A DNA stretch of 64,000 nucleotides, from the NCBI GenBank assembly GCA_902560725.1, contig CACEMR010000002.1:66706-130705 (forward strand). The letters run 5' to 3'. The stretch comes from an uncultured Alphaproteobacteria bacterium (GTDB taxonomy: Bacteria; Pseudomonadota; Alphaproteobacteria; HIMB59; GCA-002718135). A model generated the notes under the pieces. That model searched no databases. It was given only the letters and a program-made list of their open reading frames with translations, and was not told the origin of the DNA. Positions 10,817 to 19,473 of this stretch are shown one piece after another; position 1 is the stretch's first letter, and each line of letters begins with the position of its first letter. The translations under genes were made by a program, and so were the position numbers.

Positions 10817-12029
10817 CAGGATTCATTTCCATACCAGCAGCACTTATATTACGTGGTAAAGGTATATATTGAGATTCTAAATCACGCGGCTTAACTCTTC
10901 TTGTCATACGATACAATCCAAATAAACCCAAAGTTCCATGGACTAAAAATAAATATATAAAAAAGCCATTAGGGCCAACTAATGTCATTGAGCTTGATAC
11001 TAAAATAGGTCCAAGAATTGAGCCAATACCTATTAAAATATTAAAAGTTGATGATGCTGAAATAATTTCATTAGATTCCAAAAAATCATTTACGTGAGCT
11101 ACGGCTACAGAAAACATTGGAAGAGACATGGCAGAAAATATTCCAGAGAGAATTATAAATAAAATAAAAGATAGATAGGAAGATATTACAATAAAAATAC
11201 TTAATCCAGCTGCTATAAAAGTAATTGCTATTAATATAATTCTTCTATCTATTTTGTCTGAAACATATCCTATTGGCCATTGAGCTAAAGCACCAAAGGA
11301 AGAAATACTTACCATAAAAACCGAAATTTCAAAAAGAGTAAATCCTTTTGAAGAAACATAGACTGCTCCAAACCCAAATAACGCACTATGTGCAAGACCT
11401 ATCATTAACGCACTTACAAAGCCCAAAGGAGATAAAATATAAAATTCTTTTAAAGTAAAATATTTTGTATCACTTATAGTTGGTTGCTCAGTATTTGATA
11501 ATAATATTGGTAGTAGTGAAAATGAAAGCAAAATTGAAACTAAAATAAATAAATCAACTTTTGCAGGATCACTTAAATTTAATAAAAATTGACCTAAACC
11601 TACAAAAACAAAAGTGATAATCATATATATAGACAGTAATTTTCCTCTAGTTTCATTAGTTGCTTTGTTGTTTAACCAACTTTCCATAATCACATATATT
11701 CCTGACAAACTTATTCCAGTTATAATCCTAATAAAAAACCATGAGTAGGGATGTAAAAAAACTGAATGTAACAAAATAGCAATTGATGCTAAAGAAGCTA
11801 AAGCAGCAAAAACTCGAATATGACCAACTCTTTGCAAAAAGATTGGTATTGTTAATGCCCCGCTTAGATAACCTATATAATAACCTGCAATAATTAAACC
11901 TGCTGATATAAATGTAAACTCTTCTATGACAGAACGAACACCTATTAATGTTCCCTGTAGTCCATGACCAAGACTAATTAATGCAAAGCCAAAGAAAAGC
12001 GCCCAAGTCTTTTGTAGTATCGTAAACAT
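10791..12029 (-). CDS. MFS transporter
   Basis: 412-aa, 12-TM protein with an MFS-like loop (VSDKIDRRIIL). Its 3' end overlaps msrQ convergently by 26 nt. Confidence 0.75.
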   Translation of the reverse strand: MFTILQKTWALFFGFALISLGHGLQGTLIGVRSVIEEFTFISAGLIIAGYYIGYLSGALTIPIFLQRVGHIRVFAALASLASIAILLHSVFLHPYSWFFIRIITGISLSGIYVIMESWLNNKATNETRGKLLSIYMIITFVFVGLGQFLLNLSDPAKVDLFILVSILLSFSLLPILLSNTEQPTISDTKYFTLKEFYILSPLGFVSALMIGLAHSALFGFGAVYVSSKGFTLFEISVFMVSISSFGALAQWPIGYVSDKIDRRIILIAITFIAAGLSIFIVISSYLSFILFIILSGIFSAMSLPMFSVAVAHVNDFLESNEIISASSTFNILIGIGSILGPILVSSSMTLVGPNGFFIYLFLVHGTLGLFGLYRMTRRVKPRDLESQYIPLPRNISAAGMEMNPVIDSAEED

Positions 12030-12050
12030 TTATTATTTTTTGATTAATTA

Positions 12051-12413
12051 TTAATATTCTTCTTCGCCGTCTTCTTTTGGTTTAATACCAGCATCAACAG
12101 CAGGATCAATATCTGATTCGTCTTCTAATAATACAGTATCATCCTCTAAATTATCTTCATTGTTATCTAAATCTGAGTCTAAGCTCTCAATATCAAGTTC
12201 ATCATCTTTTTCTTTTGGCTTGGGTGGGATAGGATTTGTGAGAGGAGCAGCGTTAGTACTACCTGGCTTTCTTCCACGTCTTGGTCTTGTCATCGTAGTA
12301 ACTTCAATTAATTTACCACACTCAGGACACTCGAGCTCCGTTCTTCCTAAGTCGTAGTATTGTTTACTACACATCGGACAAATTCTTTTTTGACCCCAAG
12401 ACTCCTTATACAT
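12051..12413 (-). CDS. TIGR02300-family (FYDLN_acid) zinc-ribbon protein with acidic tail
   Basis: N-terminal GQKRICPMCSKQYYDLGR...CPECG zinc ribbon, followed by a P/K-rich linker and a D/E-rich C-terminus. This matches the conserved alphaproteobacterial family. Confidence 0.8.
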   Translation of the reverse strand: MYKESWGQKRICPMCSKQYYDLGRTELECPECGKLIEVTTMTRPRRGRKPGSTNAAPLTNPIPPKPKEKDDELDIESLDSDLDNNEDNLEDDTVLLEDESDIDPAVDAGIKPKEDGEEEY

Positions 12414-12414
12414 A

Positions 12415-12573
12415 TTACTCTTCTTTTCTTATAAAAATTTTCCCACAATAACCACAAATAATTTTGTCCTCATTATTGAAGGTATAATAAACTGCGGGAT
12501 GTCCTAAACCATCTTCACCCCCATCGCAACAAATAGTTTCAATATTTGCCTCTACATGTTCAATATCAGACAT
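12415..12573 (-). CDS. 52-aa zf-CHCC zinc-finger protein, NDUFS6 (complex I 13-kDa subunit) C-terminal-domain homologue; absent from the ORF track
   Basis: My own translation: MSDIEHVEANIETICCDGGEDGLGHPAVYYTFNNEDKIICGYCGKIFIRKEE. The CDGG..LGHP.VY...CGYCG..F core matches the zf-CHCC/NDUFS6 motif. 159 nt; its stop lies 1 nt from the next gene's ATG. Confidence 0.75.
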   Translation of the reverse strand: MSDIEHVEANIETICCDGGEDGLGHPAVYYTFNNEDKIICGYCGKIFIRKEE

Positions 12574-12631
12574 ATTAATGGACCTATAGAAAATTTAAGA
12601 TTTGATGTCCAATAATATTTTAGGTCTATCT

Positions 12632-13474
12632 TTATAATTGAAAATATAACAGTGATATTCCAACAACAACAAATACTGAAGGTACCAATCTTTTTGAGGC
12701 TGTATGCTCTTTAAGAATTATCATACCAATTAAGGTTGCAAATATTATACTGCTCTCACGTAAAGATGAAACATACGCTATTGGTAAATATTGCATACAC
12801 CAAACTACTATTCCATATGCTAACGGAGCTAATATTCCGAATAAAACGCCTGTAAAAATAAGATTTTTATTAATCACTCTTATTCCATTGTTTCTAAATA
12901 AAAATGAAACAACTAATGCTGGAGTTCCATTTAATAAAAGCATCCAATATAAAAAGGTATATGGGTTCGGAGAATTTCTAACACCAATGCCATCTACTAG
13001 AGTATATGTTGTTATCATAATAGCTGTTAAAAAACCCAATCCAAAAGCAGTATAATTAAACTTCAATTTATCTGAATATGATATTAAAAACAGTCCGAAG
13101 CAAACAATTAGTATTGCAATAAAACCAATTAAAGAAATTTTATCTGATAAATAAATTACACTTATTAATGCTAGCAATAAAGATGAGGATCCTCTCGCTA
13201 TTGGATATATGAATGATAAATCACCATATTGATATGAGTAAACAACAAGCAATCTATACAAACCATGTAGGAAAGCAGAAAGAATAATTAAAATCCAAAT
13301 ATAAGTTGTTGGAAAAGGAACACTTAATACAAGTGGAGTAAAAATTATTATTTCAAAAATAGATGTTACTCCTAATATTCCCAGAGGGTTTTTATTGTTC
13401 TTTAGAATGCTATGACAGACTGCGTGTGAAAGAGCAGCAATTAATATAAGCAAAAATAAAAGATAGTCAGGCAT
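12632..13474 (-). CDS. DMT/EamA-like membrane protein (10 TM), last gene of the ABC importer operon
   Basis: 280-aa hydrophobic ORF, 21 nt downstream of the second permease on the same strand. Confidence 0.65.
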   Translation of the reverse strand: MPDYLLFLLILIAALSHAVCHSILKNNKNPLGILGVTSIFEIIIFTPLVLSVPFPTTYIWILIILSAFLHGLYRLLVVYSYQYGDLSFIYPIARGSSSLLLALISVIYLSDKISLIGFIAILIVCFGLFLISYSDKLKFNYTAFGLGFLTAIMITTYTLVDGIGVRNSPNPYTFLYWMLLLNGTPALVVSFLFRNNGIRVINKNLIFTGVLFGILAPLAYGIVVWCMQYLPIAYVSSLRESSIIFATLIGMIILKEHTASKRLVPSVFVVVGISLLYFQL

Positions 13475-13495
13475 CAGAAAAAACTAATTATAGTT

Positions 13496-14389
13496 TTATT
13501 TCATCCCTGTCAGAGTAATTCCTTCAATAAATCTTTTTTGTGCAATTATGAAAGCTACAATTAAAGGAACTGTAACAGTTACAATTGATGCCATCATTGG
13601 TCCAAATTCATCACTATCTATACCCCCCCTAAATTCTCTAATACCAAGTGGCGGAGTAAATAGATCTCTATTCCCAGTGATAACCATTCGCGGCCAGAAG
13701 TAATCATTCCAGTGTGCAACAACTGAAAATATTGCAAATGCCAATAATGCGGGTATTGCTGTCGGGAGCATCACTTTCCATACTATAGAATATTCTCCCA
13801 TACCATCCATCCTGGCGGCGTCAATTAATTCATCTGGAACTGTCATAAAGAATTGCCGCATGAGAAAAATTCCAAATACAGATATTGTCCAGGGAAGTAT
13901 CAAGGCGGAATAGGTATCAACCAGTCCGGCCTGGGCCAGCATTATATAAAGAGGCAGCGCAATCCCGTGCACAGGTATTAGTAAACAAAATAATACCATT
14001 GAAAATACAAATTCCCGTCCATAAAACCGAAGTTTGGCAAGAGCATAGGCACAAGGTAGAGCAACAAGAACTTGAATAATAAAAATAGAAAAAGTTACTA
14101 TTACTCCATTCATTAAGTATCTTGGAATAGGAGCTTTTTCAAAAGCAAACCAGTAATTATAAATGTAAGGCTTTGTTGTGCATGTTTCTTCAGAATAACC
14201 AGTTTTTACACAAACTGGAAATGTTTGAACTTCCTGTGCACCAATTAAACCGCCAGAAATTGATTGAATTTCTTGTTGAGATTTAAGTGACATTGAAACC
14301 ATCATATAAAATGGAAGTAACACAAGAATTGCACCAACGATTAAAATGCCATGTTTCCAGCTTTCACCAATATATTCTTTAGTTTGCAT
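13496..14389 (-). CDS. ABC importer permease (CUT1/MalG-UgpE type)
   Basis: Binding-protein-dependent permease EAA loop (DELIDAARMDGMGEYSIVWKVMLP), 6 TM. Its start overlaps the upstream permease stop. Confidence 0.85.
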   Translation of the reverse strand: MQTKEYIGESWKHGILIVGAILVLLPFYMMVSMSLKSQQEIQSISGGLIGAQEVQTFPVCVKTGYSEETCTTKPYIYNYWFAFEKAPIPRYLMNGVIVTFSIFIIQVLVALPCAYALAKLRFYGREFVFSMVLFCLLIPVHGIALPLYIMLAQAGLVDTYSALILPWTISVFGIFLMRQFFMTVPDELIDAARMDGMGEYSIVWKVMLPTAIPALLAFAIFSVVAHWNDYFWPRMVITGNRDLFTPPLGIREFRGGIDSDEFGPMMASIVTVTVPLIVAFIIAQKRFIEGITLTGMK

Positions 14390-15345
14390 TAATAATGTAC
14401 CCTCCTTTCAATCACATATCTCTGGAAGAAGGTTAATATTAATATGAAAGCAATAAACACTACAGTAATAGCCGCTCCAATACTTGTTAAGTTTTGTTGA
14501 ATAGCTTTTTCAAATATTGCATACATCATAACATACGTGGTTTTAGATGGACCACCTTTAGTAAGTATTTCAATTGTATCAAAAACTTGAAATGTTCTAA
14601 TTGTTGTAATTGTTACAACAAATAAAGTTGTAGGACCAAGCATTGGCCATGTTACAAGTTTAAATTGTTCCCATGTAGATTTAGCACCATCCATTTCTGC
14701 TGCATGATATAATTCTCTAGGGATACCTGTTAGCCCTGCTAAATATAAAACCATATTAAAACCAAATGCTTGCCAAATTCCTATAAAACAAATTGTCCAA
14801 ATCGCTGTATTTTTTTGCTTTAGCCAATATGGAAAATCCATATTATTTGCACAAGCCACATGATACCAACTTTGCTGTGAGTCCACCCATGGCAACCAAT
14901 GTAAACCTAAAATAAATTCTCTTACACCACCACAACCATTAGCTAAAAAACTATTAACGATACCTAGTGTTGGATGGAGAGTGAATTCCCACGCAATTGC
15001 CATAGCAAGAAGAGTCGCCATAACAGGCAGAAAGAAAATTGTTTTATAAATATCAGCTCCAAATCTAAGAGAATTTAGGAGCATTGCAGCACATAAACCA
15101 AGTACAACTGAAATAGGAACCACAACGATTACATAGGTTGCTGTAGCCCAAATCATTTTTACATAAGTTTTTCTATTGAACATTTTGTCATAGTTTTCTA
15201 ATCCGACCCATCCAATAGATTTATTCCCTAAATTATAATCGGTAAAAGAAATTCCACCTGCGAGAAACAATGGAAAAATTAATATAATAATCATCAGTAT
15301 TATTGCAGGTGCAATAAACCAAATATGTGCTTTAGAATTATGCAT
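14389..15345 (-). CDS. ABC importer permease (CUT1/MalF-UgpA type)
   Basis: EAA loop (ELYHAAEMDGAKSTWEQFKLVTWPML) and a large Cys/Trp-rich periplasmic loop. Overlaps the ATPase gene stop by 8 nt. Confidence 0.85.
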   Translation of the reverse strand: MHNSKAHIWFIAPAIILMIIILIFPLFLAGGISFTDYNLGNKSIGWVGLENYDKMFNRKTYVKMIWATATYVIVVVPISVVLGLCAAMLLNSLRFGADIYKTIFFLPVMATLLAMAIAWEFTLHPTLGIVNSFLANGCGGVREFILGLHWLPWVDSQQSWYHVACANNMDFPYWLKQKNTAIWTICFIGIWQAFGFNMVLYLAGLTGIPRELYHAAEMDGAKSTWEQFKLVTWPMLGPTTLFVVTITTIRTFQVFDTIEILTKGGPSKTTYVMMYAIFEKAIQQNLTSIGAAITVVFIAFILILTFFQRYVIERRVHY

Positions 15346-16471
15346 TATTAAATTGAACTCTCTTACCTTCTTTATTAAATAACAAAGCTTTATCAGAAGC
15401 TCTTTTAATATTTACTTTTGAGCCATTAGAAATTTCGTTTGTAAATTGTGGTATACCTCTTACAATAATTCTATTCATTCCATCTTCAGTATTTACATGA
15501 AAGAAAATATCTGATCCTAAATTTTCTCTATACGCAACTGTTGCACTAAAAGTATTTTCATCACTTTGATTGGTAATTTCTAAATGTTCAGGTCTAATAC
15601 CAATACTTAATTCTAAATTTGTTTCTGAGGATTTTCTTTTTAAGTTTAGATTTAGTATACTTACTGTTCCACTTGAATCTGATGAACCATTAAAAATATT
15701 AATTTTAGGACTACCAACGAATTGAGCTACACTTAAAGAGGCAGGATTATCGTATACTTCTTGAGGGGTATCTAATTGTAATAAATTTCCATCAATCATA
15801 ACAGCCATTCGAGATGACATAGTTAACGCCTCTGCTTGATCATGAGTAACGTATACAAAAGTAGTTTTAAGAGAATTATGAAGCTCTGATAATTCGGAGC
15901 GCATATGTACTCTTAATGCTGCATCCAAATTTGATAATGGTTCATCCATCAAAAAAGCAACAGGCTCTCTAACCATTGCACGACCAAGAGCTACTCTTTG
16001 TCTTTGACCTCCAGATAACTGACCTGGTTTTCTATCTAGTAGTTCAGAGATTTTAAGTGTTTCTGATGTTTTGTTTACTAATTGATTTATAGATTCAGTT
16101 TTATTTTTTTTATTTGGAGAAAAATTTCCAATCAAAGGAAGTCTTTCAAATGAATTATAATCTCGAAGTCTTAATGGCGTTTCTAAGTTTCTTCTTACTG
16201 TCAGATGAGGATAGAGAGCATAAGATTGGAAAACCATTGCTAAGTCTCGTTCACTTGCCCTAATTTTATTTACAACTTTATCATCAATTAAAACATCACC
16301 AGAAGTTTGTTGCTCAAGACCAGCTATGATCCGAAGTAAAGTAGATTTACCACAACCAGAAGGTCCAACTAAAGTCAAAAATTCTCCATCTTTTATATCT
16401 ACATTAAGATTTTTTAATACCTGAGTTGATCCAAAAGATTTTGAAATATTTTTAAGTGATATGGTGCCCAC
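15338..16471 (-). CDS. ABC importer ATP-binding protein (MalK/UgpC type with C-terminal regulatory domain)
   Basis: GPSGCGKST, LSGGQRQRVALGRA, FLMDEPLSNLD, VTHDQ. GTG start with GGAGG 7 nt upstream. Compared with MalK as I recall it, it carries an extra ~18-aa segment before the signature motif. Confidence 0.85.
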   Translation of the reverse strand: MGTISLKNISKSFGSTQVLKNLNVDIKDGEFLTLVGPSGCGKSTLLRIIAGLEQQTSGDVLIDDKVVNKIRASERDLAMVFQSYALYPHLTVRRNLETPLRLRDYNSFERLPLIGNFSPNKKNKTESINQLVNKTSETLKISELLDRKPGQLSGGQRQRVALGRAMVREPVAFLMDEPLSNLDAALRVHMRSELSELHNSLKTTFVYVTHDQAEALTMSSRMAVMIDGNLLQLDTPQEVYDNPASLSVAQFVGSPKINIFNGSSDSSGTVSILNLNLKRKSSETNLELSIGIRPEHLEITNQSDENTFSATVAYRENLGSDIFFHVNTEDGMNRIIVRGIPQFTNEISNGSKVNIKRASDKALLFNKEGKRVQFNNA

Positions 16472-16648
16472 TCAATTCCTCCCCATTATGTTTATTCTTT
16501 TTATAAAATATTATAATATTTGAGAATATTTTAAATCTAAATATTGCACTTTTATTTCAATTTTATGAACATATTTTCAAATTATTATTGAGTTTAGAGA
16601 ACATATAACTATAAATTTGTTTATTTATTTATATATTAATTAAGAATT

Positions 16649-17890
16649 GTGACCGAAAACCTAGAAATTAACAAAAGAGAGTACCCAAGTAAATTTGCAA
16701 AGACTGCCATAGTCATTTGTCTTGATGGCAGTCAAAAAGAGTATCTCGAAGAGGCATCAAAACTAAATCTTACACCTAATATTGATGCATTAATTTCTAA
16801 TGGAGAGAGTTTACTTGTTCATAGTGCTATACCAAGTTTTACAAATCCAAATAATATATCAATTGTAACAGGGCAACCTAGTTCTGTTCATGGAATATGT
16901 GGTAATTTCTTTTACACTCCTGAAACAGGGGAAGAAGTAATGATGAATGATCCAAAATATATGCGTGCACCAACAATATTTGAAAAATTTTATAATTCTG
17001 GATCAAAGATTGCTCTTGTTACGGCGAAAGATAAACTCAGAACTCTTTTGGGCAACGGTTTAGGATTTGATGATAATCGAGCAATATGTTTTTCAGCCGA
17101 AAAATCTGATCAGGCAACAAAAGAACATAATGGCATTGATAATGTTAATGACTGGTTAGGAATGCCCGTACCGGAAGTATACTCTCAGGGCCTTTCTGAA
17201 TTTGTTATGGCAGCTGGAGTGAAACTACTTGAGGAATTTAAACCAAATATAATGTACTTATCTACAACAGATTATATTCAACATAAGTATGCACCAGGAA
17301 ATGAAGTGGCTAATAAGTTTTATTCTATGTTTGATAAATATATCGGTCTTTTAAACAAGGGCGATGTATCAATAATTATTACAGCTGATCACGGTATGAA
17401 ACCAAAATCAAAAGATGATGGTTCACCTAATGCAATTTTTTTACAAGATTATCTTGATAAAAAATTTGAACCAAATGTAGCAAAAGTTATTTTACCAATA
17501 ACAGATCCTTACGTTGTTCATCACGGATCATTAGGTTCATTTGCAACAATTTATCTTGAAGATAAAACCAAAGTTAATGACGTTATAGAATCAATTAAAG
17601 AAATTAAAGATATAGAGGTAGTGTTAACCAAAGACGAAGGTTGCAATACATACAATCTACCACCTGATCGCATGGGCGATATAATATGTATGTCCTCAGA
17701 ATTTATGACCATTGGATCATCGGAAGATAAACATAATCTTTCTGGATTAAATGAACCTTTACGTTCTCATGGTGGTTTGCATGAGAGAGAAGTGCCTTTT
17801 ATATCAAATCTAAAAATACAAAATTACAATAATGAAAAACAGTTATATAATTATGATGCATTCTACTATGCAATTAATGGAGCCCTGTAA
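16649..17890 (+). CDS. phnA: Phosphonoacetate hydrolase (alkaline-phosphatase superfamily)
   Basis: [13 protein letters not shown]...[29 protein letters not shown] and ...ITADHGM match the PhnA family closely. GTG start. The TAATG stop/start overlap couples it to the downstream aldehyde dehydrogenase. Confidence 0.85.
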   Translation: MTENLEINKREYPSKFAKTAIVICLDGSQKEYLEEASKLNLTPNIDALISNGESLLVHSAIPSFTNPNNISIVTGQPSSVHGICGNFFYTPETGEEVMMNDPKYMRAPTIFEKFYNSGSKIALVTAKDKLRTLLGNGLGFDDNRAICFSAEKSDQATKEHNGIDNVNDWLGMPVPEVYSQGLSEFVMAAGVKLLEEFKPNIMYLSTTDYIQHKYAPGNEVANKFYSMFDKYIGLLNKGDVSIIITADHGMKPKSKDDGSPNAIFLQDYLDKKFEPNVAKVILPITDPYVVHHGSLGSFATIYLEDKTKVNDVIESIKEIKDIEVVLTKDEGCNTYNLPPDRMGDIICMSSEFMTIGSSEDKHNLSGLNEPLRSHGGLHEREVPFISNLKIQNYNNEKQLYNYDAFYYAINGAL

Positions 17891-19329
17891 TGGAAAAGAA
17901 AATGATTAATGAAGCTATGCGAATTGCTGGCAAAAAAGTAACTTTTGAAAAAACAATTGATGTTGAGTATCCTTTTACAGGCGAAGTCATTGGTACGGTT
18001 CCTGCAGGAAATGCTGAACATGCAAGACAAGCTCTTGAAATAGCTGCAAACTATCAACCAAAGCTTACACGATACGAAAGACAAAAAATTCTTCAAACAG
18101 CTGCTGAGGTACTTGTAAAAAGAAAAGAAGAAATTTCTGATATCATTACTTTAGAGCTTGGGATTTCAAAACAAGACTCATTATATGAAGTAGGTAGAGC
18201 ATTTGATGTTTTTTCTTTAACCGCCCAACTTTGTATTCATGATGACGGAGAAATTTTTTCTTGTGATTTAACTCCTCATGGAAAAGCGAGAAAAATATTT
18301 ACAATAAGAGAACCATTAACAGCAATTTCTGCAATTACTCCTTTTAATCATCCTTTAAACATGGTGGCGCATAAAATTGCTCCTTCCATTGCAACGAATA
18401 ATTGTACTGTTTGTAAACAGACAGAATTAACTCCATTAACAGCAATGGTTCTTGCTGATGTTTTATATGAAGCTGGTTTACCTCCTGAAATGTTTTCTGT
18501 TGTTACAGGATGGCCACAAGATATTGGTTCAGAAATGATAAAGAATTCAAATATTGACCTTATTACTTTTACGGGAAGTGTCGGTGTTGGAAAACTAATT
18601 GCTGAACAAGCAGGATACAAAAGAACTGTTCTTGAACTTGGCGGAAATGACCCTCTAATTGTTTTAAATGATTTAGATTCAGATGATTTAAAGAAAGCTG
18701 TTGAATTAGCCGTAACTGGTGCAACAAAAAATTCAGGACAACGCTGTACTGCAGTTAAAAGAATACTTGTACAAGAAAAAATTGCTGATCAGTTTGTTGA
18801 AATGGCTTTGGAAAGAGCTAAAAAAATTAAATTTGGAGATCCGATGAGCATGGAAACTGATTTAGGTACCGTTGTTAATGCTCAAGCAGCTGAACTATTT
18901 GATAAAAGAGTTTCTATGGCAGAAGCAGATGGTGCGAAAATTTTATATCATCCTGGAAGAAAAGGTGCGTTATTGCCTCCAATAGTAATTGATAATGTTG
19001 ATCCTAAAAGTGAATTAGTATTGGAAGAGACTTTTGGGCCTGTCATTCCAATTATACGCGTTCCCAATGATGATGAATCTGTCATCAAGATCTCAAATTC
19101 AACTGCTTTTGGATTATCTTCAGGTGTGTGCACTAATAATTTTATGAGAGCAAAAAAATATATTCAAAACTTAAATGTTGGAACTGTCAATATTTGGGAA
19201 GTACCTGGTTACAGAATTGAAATGTCTCCTTTTGGGGGAATTAAAGACTCGGGACTGGGATACAAAGAGGGTGTTATTGAAGCGATGAAGAGTTTTACTA
19301 ATGTTAAAACCTTTTCTTTACCTTGGTAA
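17890..19329 (+). CDS. phnY: Aldehyde dehydrogenase, probable phosphonoacetaldehyde dehydrogenase (PhnY of the PhnW-PhnY-PhnA route; not the PhnY* dioxygenase)
   Basis: ALDH catalytic Glu (LELGGNDP) and Cys (GQRCTAVKR). Translationally coupled to phnA. The substrate assignment comes from context. Confidence 0.75.
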   Translation: MEKKMINEAMRIAGKKVTFEKTIDVEYPFTGEVIGTVPAGNAEHARQALEIAANYQPKLTRYERQKILQTAAEVLVKRKEEISDIITLELGISKQDSLYEVGRAFDVFSLTAQLCIHDDGEIFSCDLTPHGKARKIFTIREPLTAISAITPFNHPLNMVAHKIAPSIATNNCTVCKQTELTPLTAMVLADVLYEAGLPPEMFSVVTGWPQDIGSEMIKNSNIDLITFTGSVGVGKLIAEQAGYKRTVLELGGNDPLIVLNDLDSDDLKKAVELAVTGATKNSGQRCTAVKRILVQEKIADQFVEMALERAKKIKFGDPMSMETDLGTVVNAQAAELFDKRVSMAEADGAKILYHPGRKGALLPPIVIDNVDPKSELVLEETFGPVIPIIRVPNDDESVIKISNSTAFGLSSGVCTNNFMRAKKYIQNLNVGTVNIWEVPGYRIEMSPFGGIKDSGLGYKEGVIEAMKSFTNVKTFSLPW

Positions 19330-19397
19330 AAACCTAGATTTTCTCTACACTATTAAAATTGCTGTGGAAAAGAATTACTAATTATTAGTGATATTTG

Positions 19398-19415
19398 TGT
19401 AATAAATTTGTAACG
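19398..19415 (+). promoter_or_regulatory. Candidate Pho-box-like direct repeat TGTAATA-aatt-TGTAACG (11-bp period) upstream of the SBP gene
   Basis: Two TGTAA-type heptamers separated by 4 nt. A perfect TATAAT at 19443-19448 has no recognisable -35, and GGGAGG lies 5 nt before the ATG. Chance occurrence is plausible in AT-rich DNA. Confidence 0.2.
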
Positions 19416-19473
19416 ATTTTATTTTTACATGTTAGATTAAACTATAATTTATATTCATAATCGGGAGGATTAA

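Noticed and set aside
12581-12627. Possible island-boundary repeats: CCTATAG...AGATTTGA near 12583-12606 against CCTTATAG...AGATTCGA near 33340-33366, and a GACCTA/TAGGTC inverted repeat at 12581/12622
   Set aside because: The matches are 7-8 nt with indels in AT-rich spacers, well within chance expectation. There is no associated recombinase.
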